From contig CM119371.1 of assembly GCA_051294905.1 (NCBI GenBank), positions 2,730,001 to 2,794,000 of the forward strand: DNA of 64,000 nt, given 5' to 3'. Below, in pieces: positions 34,067-49,409 of the stretch; the first letter of the stretch is position 1; every line of letters starts with the position of its first letter. The notes below the pieces were generated by a model. It saw only the letters and a program-made list of their open reading frames with translations. It was not told the origin of the DNA and did no database searches. The DNA comes from Botryllus schlosseri (taxonomy: Eukaryota). Both the position numbers and the translations under genes were made by a program.

Positions 34067-37000
34067 CCTCGCAGGATATTTTGTTATTGAATATTACACA
34101 GACTTGTACAAGCTTAGGCTATAATTTAGGTAGTTGCCGGAAACTAACAACCGGTTTTTGAGTAGTTTCAAGTTCCAGTCGCGTATTTTAAAAAGTGAGT
34201 TGTTTTAGTTCGAATAGCGCATTTAAAATGAAAATAATAAAGGGAAAATACGTGTCATCGTTTGGCTCAAATCGATCTTTTGCATTTTCGTTCTTTTCCA
34301 ATTTCTTCCATTCTATTGTGCCGAGACCTTCAGCGGCTTGCGTTCCTACACAGAAAACGACATAGGGTCAATTACGTCAGCATTGTAATTTTGTAGAACT
34401 TTTGATAGGTCAATCGGAGGTGGGTTGGCTACTTACTAAGTTGCGTCATGGCTTGGACAAAAAGAAAATTTTGAGCTTTTTTGAATTAGATTAGAATTAG
34501 AGCTACACAAGTTTCTCCAAATTCGATAAGAATTAGAATTAGAACTACACAGCTTTTCCAAATTAGATTAAAATTAGAATTACTGATTTTGCAAAAATTG
34601 TCTATGGGCCTACACCAAGCCTGGCTCGTTTTTTACTATACCAGCGGTCACCGCAATTGCCGTCGATCTGATTTGAGATTTTAGAAGTACGCGAAATAAA
34701 GCATTTTGAAATGCTAAAATTGATTTCGGTTTCCAAATTATTATTGTTGTTGTTTCAAAATAAGCGATTCGCATGTGCCCAACAACACTATTCCACACTA
34801 ACCGAAACAGCTTCTGCGATGGCAACAGCATTCCATATAGTGAGAGTCTGCTTATGTCAATAAGCATATTGTCTTGACATGCAATGGCCCAGAGACTGCC
34901 ATGACAAAGCGGCCCAGGACGTCCCCACAAGATCGATCTTTAGGATGAGATAGTCTTTCAGATTAGATTAAAATTAGATTACTGGCAGTTCGCTCATGTC
35001 TGCCTTGCAGTGACATAATAAAAGGTGTTGATAGAGAAAATCCACTACGATTTTTGTTGACAGGCTTCTCTCATGCCACTTTGCTAACACACAATCAAAA
35101 TGGCAAAACCTGTTACCAGTGCTTCATTTTATATGTCACACCACATTTGCAGGATGTTGTGGAAGTAAGATATTTTTGAATCGGTAAAGTTCAGAAAATG
35201 CTTGACGAAAAATGTCAGTTTAAACTGGATGACACATATCTTATTACCTTGTAAGGTCTTCTGAACTCCAGCAAACCTGTCAGGTATCGTTCTGGTGGCC
35301 TGATTTGGGCATACTAGCCGGCATTTGCTTTCCGTCTTTTTTCTTGAGTGGCCGAATCTTCCGGCGAATATTATCTTGAAACGATGTCGGTTGGGATTTT
35401 ATTGAGTATCGAAATCATTTGAGAAGTCAATTACGTTTTCTAGCTTCCGTTCTGTGAGAATATCCGCTGTACGCTGTTCTTTGATGTCAGGAGCCATCCT
35501 AGAATGTAGGAATCGGTTCATATGACCGAGAAATACAGGCCTCGTATCTGATATCTTAATATATTTTCAGAAATAGCACCAAGGCTATTAGAGATGTCAA
35601 TAGTTTAGAGCAGTGGTTCTCACAAATTATTAGAGCTCGAACAAATTTTCTGTTACTTTACATTCCGCAACCCAGGATTTGCACACAGTAAAAATGCATT
35701 TCTGACACAACTAAGCCCATGCAACTATTTTAGGAGCATGTATGAATCAGACAAGGTGCAGACAAAAGGACGGTCGATATCTAAGTAGGCTACCTATACT
35801 TTTCCGGAGTACTCAAGTAGATTTGATTAGATCTGCTAACCATATTTAAGCAGAACCACTTACTTTTTCGACTTTGGATTTTGCAAACTAGAAGTTGGTT
35901 TTGGGACAGGTTCCGAGGACTTTTACGTATAAATTTCCATAACGGTGAAGTAGCGTCTGTATCACGGTCATTCAATTTATTTTCAAAAATGACACCAATT
36001 ATTGAAAATATTTCTTGGCTCATTTTCAATTCAGTATTTTGCATTATCAGTGCTGCCAATTAGCCACAATCGACAACACACGGCATGCGATTTAATTAGT
36101 TAGTTGCAGATCTTCAAATGTCGTGGTTCGAGTTGTAGTTTCATATCTCAAAAATCCAGTGGTTTGAACAGGTTTGCTGATTTACATTATTTTAAGAAGT
36201 GTGTAAGCCTATACCAGTGATTCTCATTGGCTGAAAGATGATAAGTGTTGTCAAGCAGGAATGACGGCAGAAGAACAGATAACGATCAAAGTTATTGTCG
36301 AATATAATATCGCAAACATCAGCATCAATGGGAATTTTACCTGTTTTCCAATGAAAATTCAACTCTTGGCCTGTGACTGGTCCAAAAATGTTGGGATTGA
36401 TATCGATTGAAACTTCTCAAAGCTTCCAAAGCGTGTTCGATTGTTTGTGTGTGAAGTTGGTGAATGCGAATCAGAGCTATCTTCTAACTTCCAACATGTA
36501 CGTTGGAATTCTTCAGATCTCGTATCACTCGAGATTCCGTGATAACTACACCGCACCGATCTTTGCATTGGAACAGAAGTACCTGAAAACACGATTGCAT
36601 CAGTTTATCGAAGCACTCAGACGGTAAACGTGTTAGTCAATAGCAAATAAAAGCTCGACAGTCGAGTATGCTATTTCGGACAGTTTTGTTTTGCTTCCTT
36701 TCGGCAAAAATAAGCGGAGACACTGCTTTGTTCAAATTGACCGGGAAATCAATTTCCGTTTCATGGCAACCCGGTGAACCCTCACACTAATCTGAAAGCC
36801 TTTCGTGAACCCCATATTTTTGTCGAGTCACAAAAAACCTATCACAATACACATCTAATATATTACTATAGAACTCTAGTGCGCGGAATGACTTATGCAT
36901 CAAGCTTCGGTGTTAAGAAAAACAAAACCGATGAAATATGATCATCACACAAAATACAAGACGGTAAATCAGTGTGACTTCTGTTGTATGCGTCGGATGT

Positions 37001-37169
37001 GTGTTTACTTCCCGTGAAACTCAAGACTGGCTCAGAGCGAACTTGGACAACTAGATAATTGTAGGTATCAAATCACACTAATTAGAGGAAATTATGGCAA
37101 TCTAATTAAAACATACATTGTGAAGAGTTCCTTTGCTTTAATTTTAATTCTAATCTGAGTTCGTGGAAT

Positions 37170-37935
37170 GTTTCTAACCTCTAGTTTAAATTCTGATCAA
37201 ATTTCTGGTTTTCCCAAAAATGCTACGGGGAACTGTATCGTGCAAATCGAGTCAAGCTTCCTGTACAGACCGTTGTCGTTCTCATGCTCATGAGACTGAG
37301 GTCTGATTTATTGTGAACTGGACTTCATTCCATGTCCAAGTTTTCGCGAATTAAGTGATTCTAATTCCAATCAAATTTTGAAAAATTGTGTAGATTTAAC
37401 TTTAATTCCAATTGAATTAGGGAAAATTGTGTAGATTTAACACTGATTCTAATCTTAATTTGAAAAAAAGGATAGTTATAATTATAATTCTAAATCTAGT
37501 ATAGTTTGTGAAAAAACTGTGGCTTTTAGCCGTCATTCATTTCCAATCAGATTTTGAAAAGTTGAAAATGATCTAGTTGTTAAAATCTGGCTCATAGAAC
37601 CCCTGGAGTTATCGTGTGAAACCCCGGTTAGGAATCATTGCTTCAAGATAGCCTAATTGGAAAGTACGTTAATAGTTGTGAAGCTGTCATACCTACAACT
37701 TTTTGTCACATCTTGGAAGATTGTGAGCACAAAGTCGAGTTGTACGTTGCCGTTTTTCAGTTTGGCCCCGCTTTCTATTTTCAATCTTCGCAGGTTTCTT
37801 CCATTCGGTTGCTTCGAGACCTTCAGCGGCTTGCGTTCCTACACAAAAAATTACAGGTGGTCACTGGTCATGTAGTCGGCATCGCACTTTTCTACTAGTG
37901 GTAACCATAGATGGTTATACTTTTGAAGTAGCTTC
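37170..37935. repeat. Dispersed repeat with AATTAGA/TCTAATT-rich blocks; copies at ~34290-34990, ~43800-44530 and a fragment at ~7020-7190
   Basis: Shared strings such as GAGA(C/T)CTTCAGCGGCTTGCGTTCCT and GATCTAGTTGT..AA.TCTGGCTCATA. Probably a decayed DNA transposon. Ends not resolved. Confidence 0.7.
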
Positions 37936-38889
37936 AGGCAGGGTGGTTGATTCGACTTGAGTAATTTCTTGAGATGACTCGACTCGAGTCAATTTTTGTA
38001 TTGAATCAACTTGAACTCGAGTTATTGCGTATGACTCTAACCTTGTCACATGACTCAAGACTGGGACGGCCAAGACAGACATTTCATTGTAACTTCGAAA
38101 TATAGTGAACTCACCACATCATTGCAATGTCATCCATTAGTCCTGATACTTGGAAAATACGGCCATGACCTGTTAGGACTGAGGAGAAGTACGACATTCT
38201 ATATCACTCGAGTAGAAGTGAAAAAAGTGGGTTGAATCGAACTGAACTCAAAACTGAACAGTGAACACAATTACTTTGTTTTCACGCAGAGCCGACGGAC
38301 GACCAAAAGGCGATGACGCATGCATGGTACATGTCGGTCGTGTTTCCATGACCAGGCCTAATCCGACCCTGTCTTGGCCGAACAAGACTGACATGTACGT
38401 TTTTATCTCACTTATTCACTATGAATTTTCACCACATCACAAGATTGCGATGAAATGACTCGATAGGAAGGAGCCGATACGACTAGAATCGACCATTCAA
38501 TCAAACTACCCACTTCGACCTGGAACATGTTGGTAGGCTGAAATCGAACATATAAAAATTGTCCCGGGAATTAATTTTTGGGGTTGCAACGCCTTGCATT
38601 TCAAGCTCAAAGGTCCGTCTTTTTGAAATGCCGTTTCTATCTCCAATATTACTTAGCTCATTTGCAATTCAGTAGTTTTTATTACAGTATTATCAGTTGT
38701 TAGTTCGTTGTGTTTGAGTTGGTACGGCATCAGATTCTCAAAGGTCGTTAGTTTTAGATCAGAGGTTCTAAAACTGGGGACGTGAAACCATCTGAAGGGA
38801 ACCTGTGATAAAATACAAAAAAAAATTCGCGCTTTGCGCAGTTTACCTCCAATTCCATGTTAGAGGATTCTCACATCAACAGTCATAAC

Positions 38890-39539
38890 TAGGGCGGTTT
38901 TTGTTACATGTCAAAAAATGTCAAAATTGTTTACAAAGTTATATACAACTTTTTTCCGATCTGCATTTCGTTTATATTGTAGATTTTGCAGTGTCAGTGC
39001 ACTTATCATCTGACATTCACCGCTTGCAGACTACTTTGTAGGCCTACTGTTGTAGAAGACCCATTGTCTGCTCATTGTGAATCATAAACATTCAAATGAA
39101 ACAAATAGGTTGACATGGTGTTATGCTCAACGTACCGCAATATCCCAACTGAAGTAAGACTGCGTGGGCATTGCATGGTTCTTATATCAAGAAGGGTTAA
39201 ACTACTACACATTTTAATTATTTCCACCATAATGCGTAATGCAACTACTGCAATTCTTCATAGGGCCAGATTTCAGTAAAACGAGTTTTTTCATGTAAAA
39301 ATTTGTGAGTTATTGAGGCGGAAAAGTATTTTCAGGCCAAACTACTCGGTCATGACAGACAGTTCCAACCAGAAGTGAAGATGAGTAGTAGCCCACAGTT
39401 GTAACGGTATATGGGAAACACTTAATTTGCATATGTTACGTCGAATTTGATCAAAATTAATATTTTTAGGTCAGTAAATGTCAAAATTTTGATATTTTAG
39501 GTCAAAATCTTTTATTTTTAGGTCCAAAAAATCAACCTT
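38890..39539. mobile_element. Older copy of the 14806-15685 hAT element, inside the composite repeat
   Basis: Shares sequence with 14806-15685 and has a degenerate 8 bp TSD GTCATAAC/GTCAAAAC. The same junction (GTTTTGAC|TAGGG) is seen at 18412-18424. Confidence 0.75.
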
Positions 39540-42500
39540 GTCAAAACAATCCATGTCATCCAACTCTCCATTGGGGTTGCCAGCATTCTGATTGCATTTG
39601 TGATATGACGATAAGGGGGGAGTGAAACTTTTCACTATCAAAAGGGAGGCGTGTCTGAAAAACTTCAAGAACAGCCGTTCTAGATCTAATTGAAGTTGCA
39701 AATTTTGCGAAACAAGTACAGATTTTGGAAATCAAGTAGTTTGTTAAAGTCTGGTTACGGAGCCGGAATAATGATTTGAAATTACGTTAGATATGAACGA
39801 GTCTACCAACGTTTTCCTTACCATTCAGTGAGTCGATACAATTGGTCACTTTGTCGAAGGCGAGGTCTTGAATTGGACGAGAGCATGTCCAATGTCGATG
39901 GTGGAATCGCTGGCGATCTGAATAGAAGATGTCCAAAATGTAATAGCAACGTACTGAAATATATGAATACATGTCAGAAAATTATGTACAACACACTTGA
40001 TATCAAAAAAAGCATCAAGTTTCGCATTAAATTCAGCTTTTTGATATTTGCTTTCGACTTCCACACAATTGCAACAAACAAATTTTGAGTTCAGTTCAGT
40101 GGTCGGCAACCTCTGGAGCCATAATCCCAAGCATGTCGTCGTAAATTTTCCTGGCGTCGCCATGACTCAACATATCCATCACTGTTTCAATTCAATAGTG
40201 GAAATCGGCTAATAGTTTTATGTTCTTGTTCTATGCTTAGTTTAGTTACAGCAAGTAGGCGTGCGGTACTAGCTCTCAACGGATGATGTTCAGTCAGGTG
40301 AATTTCTGTCTGAAGCAGTCTTAAAATGGCCTTCACTTTATCATATTTGTCGGTTGGTCGGACTGATACTGAGATGCCAACCGTTGAATATTGAGGCAAA
40401 TCCATCCCTAGCGGCAAGTCTCAAGGTGTGATATACAAGCGTGTTTGTGAAAGCACAGCCGGTCGTAGTGGCCTGGCGGACGATGTTGAGATGACTCGAG
40501 TCATACTTGAGTCACCTTTTTTGTATGACTTGAATCACTTTGCAAAAATGACTTGACTTGACTCGGCGTTTCAGAAATGCGGATTGACTCGTGACTCGAA
40601 GCAAAATTGACGAGTCAATTTCAAGTCATCAAGAAATCGATGTCGCCTAATCACTGTATACTAAAAAAATTTTTCTGATTGTTCTCGCTACGCTTCATTC
40701 AATGATTTTGCGTCTTACTGAACGTCCATTATTCTATTACAAATACATCGACCGCTTACCGCCTTACAGCGTACGTTGTCGGGTTGCAGTAGTAAAGTAA
40801 TATAATAACTAGGTATCTATCTCTGTTGTATAGACTGGTCATCGGTGCTAGTTGATCACCTTAACCAAATCTCTTGTATGATCTAATATTCTAAATCAAC
40901 TCTTAATATAGCTTACAAGTTTATATTACTAGTCAAGCATTGGCGTCTAGTCTTAATTTGGATCTCATGGATATGTATTATGTCATGTATCATATCAATT
41001 CGTTTCCGCTATCTTAGATTTCGTGTTCTATTCTCTATTTTGGCTGATAAATTGAAGACTGCGGGTAAACAACGGTTACATAGTTTAACAGTACTATGCA
41101 TTCGGGAGCTACGCAACTCATTTTTGCATGTGTATTTATCTCTATATTTATCCTTCTATTTAAAATTAATGAATCTGAATTTGGAACAGCTAGCGAAATG
41201 CAATGTGATGCCTTGTACTCCGAAAAGACAATTTGACTGAAATTGTGACTTGATTTGACTCGATTAACCTCGAAAAATGGAGTGACCTGACTTGACTCAA
41301 GTCAAAATGTGCAATGAATCGAGCGGACTTGTGACTTGAAAGTAATGACTTGATCCCAACAATGCCATCAGAAGAGAGAGACATGACATATTTTTCATCA
41401 TTCACCAATGGCTCAGCAACTACATGATACTACAATAGAGTTGTGCAAGACCCAGATGGATAGCTTCTCGCAGCATAGAGGCAACTAGAGTGGAACATGG
41501 CGGTGTTGAAAAATCATTTATTTGCAGTAATTTTTTGAAGAAAATTTCTACAACCTAAAATTTTATCAGCATTTCATGTTTAATTTGATACAGTATCATT
41601 TTAGAGCCCAGTGACCCTTGAAAAGAATTTTTGGAACATTTTTGTACTACAACATTTCTCAATAACTGATGCTCCAGCAATACTTAAAAAACATTTTTTT
41701 GCATATCGGAAAACAAAATGAGGTCGCATGTAAATGCTAGTTTTATTTTCATTTTAATTGGGGCGCCTAGTAATAAGTTGCCGACCGGTGGTCTAGAGTA
41801 GGCCAGCCTCGCAATACTGACAGTTTTTTTGCAGAATATTGGTCCGCACATACCTGATCGTAAGAAACCGTCCCTGCCGAGATACAAATTCCTCTTGTCA
41901 TCCTTCTCATTCTTTTACTTCTTCTGTTGATTTATCATCCTTTCAGATCTGCTCGCAGCTTGATTAACTCGAATCGCATTCCTATCCAGGTTTATGCCAT
42001 GCAATGGTAGTCACAAAGTCACAAATATGTTTACAGACAGACTTGTACAAAAAAAAACTTTTTTTCAAATTTCGTCGGCTTGATTGTCAAATCGTCAGGT
42101 TATCTTGAAAAAACGTTGTACACCAAATTTGACTCAATTTCAACTAGCAGATGTCGAGGTCATTCAAATTGAAATTATGGTCATTTTTAAATAATAGTAT
42201 TCACGGTGACCAATTTCGTCACATTGACGTCACCAAAAAACGTGTTCCAGGTAATTCTTGGTGATCTTGACAAGGGCCTATGGTGGAGTTTGGATGGAGA
42301 CATCGCCAGTAAACGAATAAAAGATATGACACGAATTAGCTGGAAACTCGTGCACTTTATTGAAATAGACATAGTAAAATAATGGTGAGATAATTGTGAA
42401 ATAGAGTACTTTACGCGCTGAAATTAGGTAACCTGACGATCTGACAACCAATTCGATGATATTTGAATTTTTTTTTTTTTTAACACCCCTATCTTGCGGC

Positions 42501-45201
42501 CATTGCTAGCTCAGAATCATGACTACTGACAGCTTGAGGATGGGTTTTAGAAATTCAGTAGTTTCTACAAGTCTGGTTACGGCGCCGGAATAGTGGTTTA
42601 AAAGTAAACATGGACGTATCTACCCAGAGTCTCATTACCATTCAGCGAGTCGATACAATTTGTCACTTATTCGGAAGTTAGGTCTTGAATTGGACGAGAG
42701 CACATCCCTTGCACATGCCAATGGTGGAATTGATGGAGATCTGAATACAAGATGTCAAATTTACAGCAACTTATCGGAATATACGAATACGTGCTGGAAA
42801 ACAATCAGCATGCATCTGATGACCATACGTACAATGCATTAAATATCAAAAAGGAAGCATCAAGTTTCTCATTAAATTCGACTTTTTATATTTGCTTTTG
42901 ATTTCCACGCACTTGCCGTGAATACACATAGAGTTCATTTTGATTTTTGGATGACGGATATTGATCGGTGATCACCAAATTGTGGGTTGTGATCGCAAGC
43001 GGTGTCAGCTAAACTATTTGTGGGGTCGCAATGACTCAATGTTGTTCAAGCCAGGTGGACTCGTGTCTGAAGCTATCTTAAAATTTCCTTCACTTTATCA
43101 TATTTCTCAGTGGGTCGGACTGATACTGAGATGCTAACGCTTGTATAATGAGGCATAGCTACCCATAGAAGCAAGTTTCAAGCTGTGATATGTGAGCATG
43201 TTTGTGATAGCATGGGCTATTGTTATGATTTTGCGCAGAAGAGAGAGAAATTGGATATTTTGCATCATTCACACTGCCTCATGAACTAGAGTTGTTCAAG
43301 GCACAGTTGAATAGCTTCGCGCAGCAGAGAGGCAACTGCAGTGGAACATGGTGATATTGAAAAATCATTACGGTAGATTTCAGAAGAAAAACTAGCTTCG
43401 GGCAAAAATAGCTACGGCAAAAAATAGTTGAGGATAAGCTTGCATGGCTTTTATGAGGGAAATTGGCATGACACCAGGGCAAAATAACCCTACATCACAG
43501 ATACCAACATTATATTTGAGAATTGCAGATTTTATCATCTCATTTCACGTTTCTCGCAGAGATGTCTCTGTAATTTCGAAAATTACTTCTACTAATTATA
43601 AGTGACACCTCTATTAAATCTACTTTTTTTAAACTACTCATTCGAGTAATTTTAAGACGTTTCCATTTCTACTTCCACTCCACAATAACTACTATGACTT
43701 TGCGATGTAAGTAAGGCAACGACGGCTTGGCACTGGATTTTCCTGCGCGAGAGGGATATTCTTGTTAACTCGCTGCAAAATGTCGCGGACAAAGAGGCAT
43801 TTTCAGGTTTCTTTGCTCTAACTATAATTCTGATCTAATTTCTGGTTTTCCAGAAAATGCAACAAGATAACTGTGTCGCGAAACGAGTCAAGATTGGTTT
43901 TCAGACATTTGTCATTATCATGCTGATCACAATCAGGTCTGATTTGATATGAGTTGAACTTGATCGCATGCTCAAGTTTTTGCGAATTCAGTAATTCTGA
44001 TTCCAATCTAATTTGTTAAAAACTGTGTAGCTATCACTTTAATTCTAATCTAATTAAAAAAAAATTGCACAGTTATAATTCTTATTGTAGCATGATTTGT
44101 CGAAAACTGTTCAGCTAGCATTCTAATTCCAATCTGATTTGAAAAGACTGCAAATGATCTAGTTGTCCAAGTCTGGCTCATAAAAACCCGTGAGGTTGTC
44201 GTGTGAAAACCGGTTAGGAACAACTGCTCCAAGGTCATTACAAAAAATGCTAACAGTTGTGATGTTGACATACCTTCAACTTTTATCGAAGACACTTCTA
44301 GGAAGTTTCGAACACAAAGTCCAGTTTTAGAGAAAGAGACGTTTGGATTTTTCAGTTTGGCCCGTTTTGCCTTTTCAATCGATCCACGTTTCTTCCATTC
44401 TATTGTGCTGAGATCTTCAGCGGCTTGCGTTCCTGCACATAAAGACACAGTTGGTCAATGTAGTGAGCATTGCAATTTTCTATTAGTGTTAATCGGTTAA
44501 TCGAAGGTTGCTACTTTTGACGTAGCTTCACGACTAAGGCAAAATGATTCATGACACTAACACACAATACACAGGTGGCATCTTCAAAACTATTTTCAAA
44601 TACTGTGACACAGGGGGCAGTCATTCACCAAAATAAGTGATGCAACTTATCCTAAAACCAATTAAAACTTTTCCAAATTCAAATTGTGAGAGAAGTAGTT
44701 TGATCTCAAATTTGGCTTGTGTGTTGTCTGAAAACATAACAAGAAGTTCATCGTGCAGTTCAAGTATGGTACCGTACTGAACATTTTCAGGAATTAAAAT
44801 GTAGTCAGATACTACTCAAGTAATAATTTTCACAGTAAACTTCAAGTTGTAACATGGAATGCAAACTTTACAAGTTGATGGATGATAGCCATTAAAATAG
44901 CTACAAAGGTTGAGAACCACTGGTCGATATTGAGTTATACGGGAACAACATCGCTTAGAAATTATGATTATTCATTAGAATACAAATGTATCGGGAGATG
45001 AACGTTACTTTGACAAAATGTGTTATCCAGAAGTTTCGGATATCGTGCCATGCCATAGACTGCAGGTCTGCACAATATATAACAATTATACATGTCAATC
45101 CGAAAATTCAACAAGTTGCAGGCTAGTCCTCTTGTGAGAAAAAAACACATCAAATCTTGTGTTGATTTAGAATTTCGTTATATATCTTTCTGCATCGTGT
45201 C

Positions 45202-45688
45202 TAGGGCTGGGAAATATCGAGTACCTGAATGAATCGATTCTGAATCACGAAATATGCTTCGAGTCACATCAAGTAGGCCTAATCGAGTATCACTCATTAT
45301 GACGTCCTACCGTTTTTGCCACCACAAAGATCAGAATATATTGCGTGTTAGCCATCTCATTAAATATGCTTTAATATACTTTTCGACCACACCGATTTCA
45401 TTCCAATTTGTGACAATGTTGTGTGACAATCATGACTTCGGAAATGTGCTACGTCCGGTAACCTTCGTAGCTTTGTATTAAATGTTCCGTATGCTACAAT
45501 ACCGCCAATAAGGCTTCGAAAGTGAAAATAAGTACAAAAACTATAATTCTTGTTGATAAATCAACTTTCAGTGATGAGAAGCCTATAATTTCAAAACTGG
45601 AAATAATCGTTTATTACTACTCGACTCGAATCATTGAAATTAATGCTCCATTCAAACTCGAGTTCTCGAATCATCGTGCCCAGCCCTA
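45202..45688. mobile_element. hAT MITE of the TAGGGCTG family (copy 2)
   Basis: TIR TAGGGCTGGG and perfect 8 bp TSD ATCGTGTC. Confidence 0.9.
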
Positions 45689-46949
45689 ATCGTGTCATGA
45701 TATAGTTGATGACCTACTTTTGACTTACTATGACAACACAATTTACAATGCTGTGATTTTTATATCAAAAAGCAGCCTATAGCCTACCCTACAACTCGTT
45801 TCAGAATATTTTTATTAGTGAAGTCGAAGAAGACTTGTCAGAAAAAAAAAAATCGCAAAATTTCAACCGTACATTCCATGTACATCTGAATGTAAAATAG
45901 AGTTTAACCCACACCAAAGTTGCAGCCCTTTGAAAATAAACCCAAGAATCAAAATCAAGTTGGTGGTTCTTAACAGGACTGCGCCTGACGGAAACTTCAA
46001 CCAGTTGGATTTGTGTCAGAAGCATGTTGGATGTTGTCTTGATTCTATCATATTTGGCAGGGTGTCGGACTGATACCGAGATGCCAATGATTGTATATTG
46101 AGGTATATTGAGCTATTAATACAGAGGTGATTTTCAAGCCGTGATATCTGATCATATTTATGACCTTACAACCTGTTGTTGTGGTCTGGAAGAGAGGCAC
46201 ATGGGATATTTGGCATTGGCATCATTTACCCATGGCTCAGCAGCAAGAAGATAGTACCTTAGAGTTGTTCAACACACAGATGAATAGATTTGCGCAGCCG
46301 TTGAAGCATGGATACAACTGGAGTGGAACACGGTGTTATGGAAAAAATTATTTGCAGTAGGGTGGCTTTTTTAAGAAAATATCAGCAGTCAAAAATTATT
46401 TTCTCATTTATTTTCAATTGAAGGCCATTTCATATTTAGAGCGCAATACCACTGAAAATAATCATTTTAGAATAATTTTGTGTATCCACATATCCTTGTA
46501 ATTGGAGCTGCAACATTACTCGTTAGATCTTTTTCATTATCAGAAAACAATATGGGGTCGAATGTAAATGCTGGTTTTATTTCCATTTATTTCCTCTAGA
46601 CAAAATTGCCAACCACTCGCCAAGAGTACGTCACCACCACTATAGTGAAAAATTTGTTATGTATGTTGACCCCCACAAGTACCTGGTCGTACGAGCCTTC
46701 ATCTGCCAAGATGCAAATTCCTCTTGTCCCCCTCCTAATTCTTTTGCTTCTTCTGTTGGTTGAGCGACCTTTACCCTTCGGTTCTGCTCACAGCTTGATA
46801 TACTCGAAGCTCATTCCCGCCCAGGGTCTCCCCCTAAAATGGCAGTCACCCACACGTTTACAGTCCGTCTTGTACAAACTACAAATATAGTTAGTTGGCG
46901 ATCAACTAACTACTGGTTATTCAGAAGTTCTAGTTCTAGTTTTTTTCGG

Positions 46950-47370
46950 CAAACATTTTCCGTTAACCCCGTGAAAATGTAAGGTTGTCTATACTATAGA
47001 AACTATGCTCACCAAATTTAGTTCAATTCCAACCAGTGGACCACGGGCTAATGCTCATCAGAATTGATAGTATAGGCTATATGTTAGGGGTCTTAAAAAA
47101 TCACTTTTTTTCTCAAATCGTACTGGCCACTTGATAAAATTGTTAGGTTACCTAATTCAGGCCTACACACCAAATTTGGTTCAATTCCAACAAGTAGCCG
47201 CATTGCTACAGGAGAAGAAAGTTTCTATTTATTATAAAAAAATAAATAACAGAAAATTTGAAAATTTTCTGTTCACCCCATGAAAGTGTTAGGTTGTTTA
47301 TACTATAAAAACTATGCTCAATAAATTTGTTGTTCAATTCCAACCAGTGGAAGCAAAGTTATTGCCGTGA
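46950..47370 (+). repeat. Degenerate ~150-170 bp tandem units with core ACCAAATTT(A/G)GTTCAATTCCAAC (3 copies; related unit at ~42120)
   Basis: Cores at ~47011, ~47170 and ~47325. CCCC(G/A)TGAAA.TGT.AGGTTGT.TATACTATA.AAACTATGCTCA is repeated. Confidence 0.7.
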
Positions 47371-49409
47371 AAATTTTTAATTATGAATAAAACAGTATTT
47401 ACAGTGACCAATTCTTCAAATATTTATTATAGTGGTGCCCACCGTAATACTATTTTATTCTAGATTTTCTATCTAAAAATCCAGTAGCTTACACAAGACC
47501 AAGCACACACATTATGCGCCAGAAATACTGGCCTCTTATGAATGTATCTCTTTTTCCAATGTCGCCAACTATACTACGAGAGTAGCCATAATCGGCAACT
47601 TTATCAATGTGAGAGACACGGCACTAAATTTTGTTTGGGTCTTCATATAGCGTTGAATTACATAAAATCTAGGGGCACTTCCATGCTATCTGTAAGAAAG
47701 GGTATAATGATTTTAAGGGATATATACAATGGACACTCAGGTAATGAACGAAGATTCCATATAGGCTCAGGTTGAGATAGATGCCGATTCAATGCCACTC
47801 AAGTAGATTAATGAAATATTTTCAGGCAGAGTCATGGTGGTAGCAAGCATTGTTGCTACTTACGTATTAGCTGGGAGAGATAGTACATAACATAGATGCT
47901 AATCAGTATAGTTAACGAATTTTTCAATTTTTGGCAAAAATTTCAAAGCAGACAGAAATGAGAGGGAGAATCCTATAATATTGTCACACTTGACTGATTT
48001 CTATACGCAATGACTCCCAACTCGAGCTACATGTAGGGCCGAGCCTCAAAAATTATTAGGCTTAATCTCTTACATGACAGAATAGACCAATCTTTATACC
48101 ATAGCAAAGTGAACAGGATTTTTAGGTCCAAGTAGCTCAATTACAGACGCAATTTCAAATCTGCCTTGGAAAAGCATTTCAATTTCACAAGTGTATGATC
48201 ATTAAAAGCTTGTTTTTCATCATGCTATAACTTGGACACTATACTTATGTTATGTAATTCATGCAAATAAATTGATATTTACTAAGATATATTTCACTAG
48301 GTTATGAACCAAACTTCTGCAAAATCTGAAACTTGATGGAGTCCAAATCTATTTTCATGGCACAAACAATCCCTTACGCTGGATTGATCACGGCTCAAGG
48401 TTAAACTTGATCAGGCTTCGCAGCATCGTTTTACATCGAGACACATATTATTTATAGGACCAAGACACAGTGATTTGCGTACTGGAACTCGAATCTGAAT
48501 CGAATAGGCCTACCGTAACTGTAATTATTCGAGTTGGATTTTTTGGACTAATGAAACTTAACGCCCAGTTCCATCAAAAAGCTATAATTGCATCAATTTT
48601 CTGAAACCTCGATTGGTCGTATCGCAACATACGAAACATGTTGTACCAAGTTTGCACATTATCGTAAATGATATATCTGTGTAGCTGGATCGACTTGCAA
48701 CAATGTCACGAAGCCAAAAAAAGTATTTTCGAAAAATACCTTGTCATCATCATGTGGTGAAGAGCCGGCCTCATGTTTCATAGTTGCATGAAAAGTAGGC
48801 TACATATACTCAAACGTTTAGGTCTCCCAGACTCCATATACTTGTATCGTCATCATGAGTGATTATCAAATATTTGATGTGAAGCCAGACTAGAATCCCT
48901 CATGTACCAGTATTCGATTTTGCCCAGATGTAAGCCTGGTAATTACGAGCAAACCTTTTTCCTGCATGATTTCGTGTCCAGCATCATCGTCCATCGGTAA
49001 TTCTATTTCAAGTCAACAAAACATTAACCCACTATAGGTCTCAGATTTTCATGTCATTTTAGGAGTGAATCTGGTATCTAGCACTGAGTGCAGAAAACAT
49101 GATTTTTCACAATATTAATACAATGAAACCATTTTGTGCTTAACGAACGATGAGTTTAATTAGTTTCACATTCCCTGTTACAGTACAATCACAAAACAGC
49201 GTATTGAAGTAGTAAAGAGCGAATGATGGCGTCTAATAACAGAATACAAGAAACTCTTGATACTGAAGGGAAAATTTTGGCACTTCTTCGATAGTAGGTA
49301 GACATCGAACAGTGTTCACTATGATCACCAATGAATGTTTCCCATGAACACGAATAAAAATTTATAAACGTCAAAATGAATTGTTGTTTTCTTCTGTCTT
49401 TGTAGAGAC

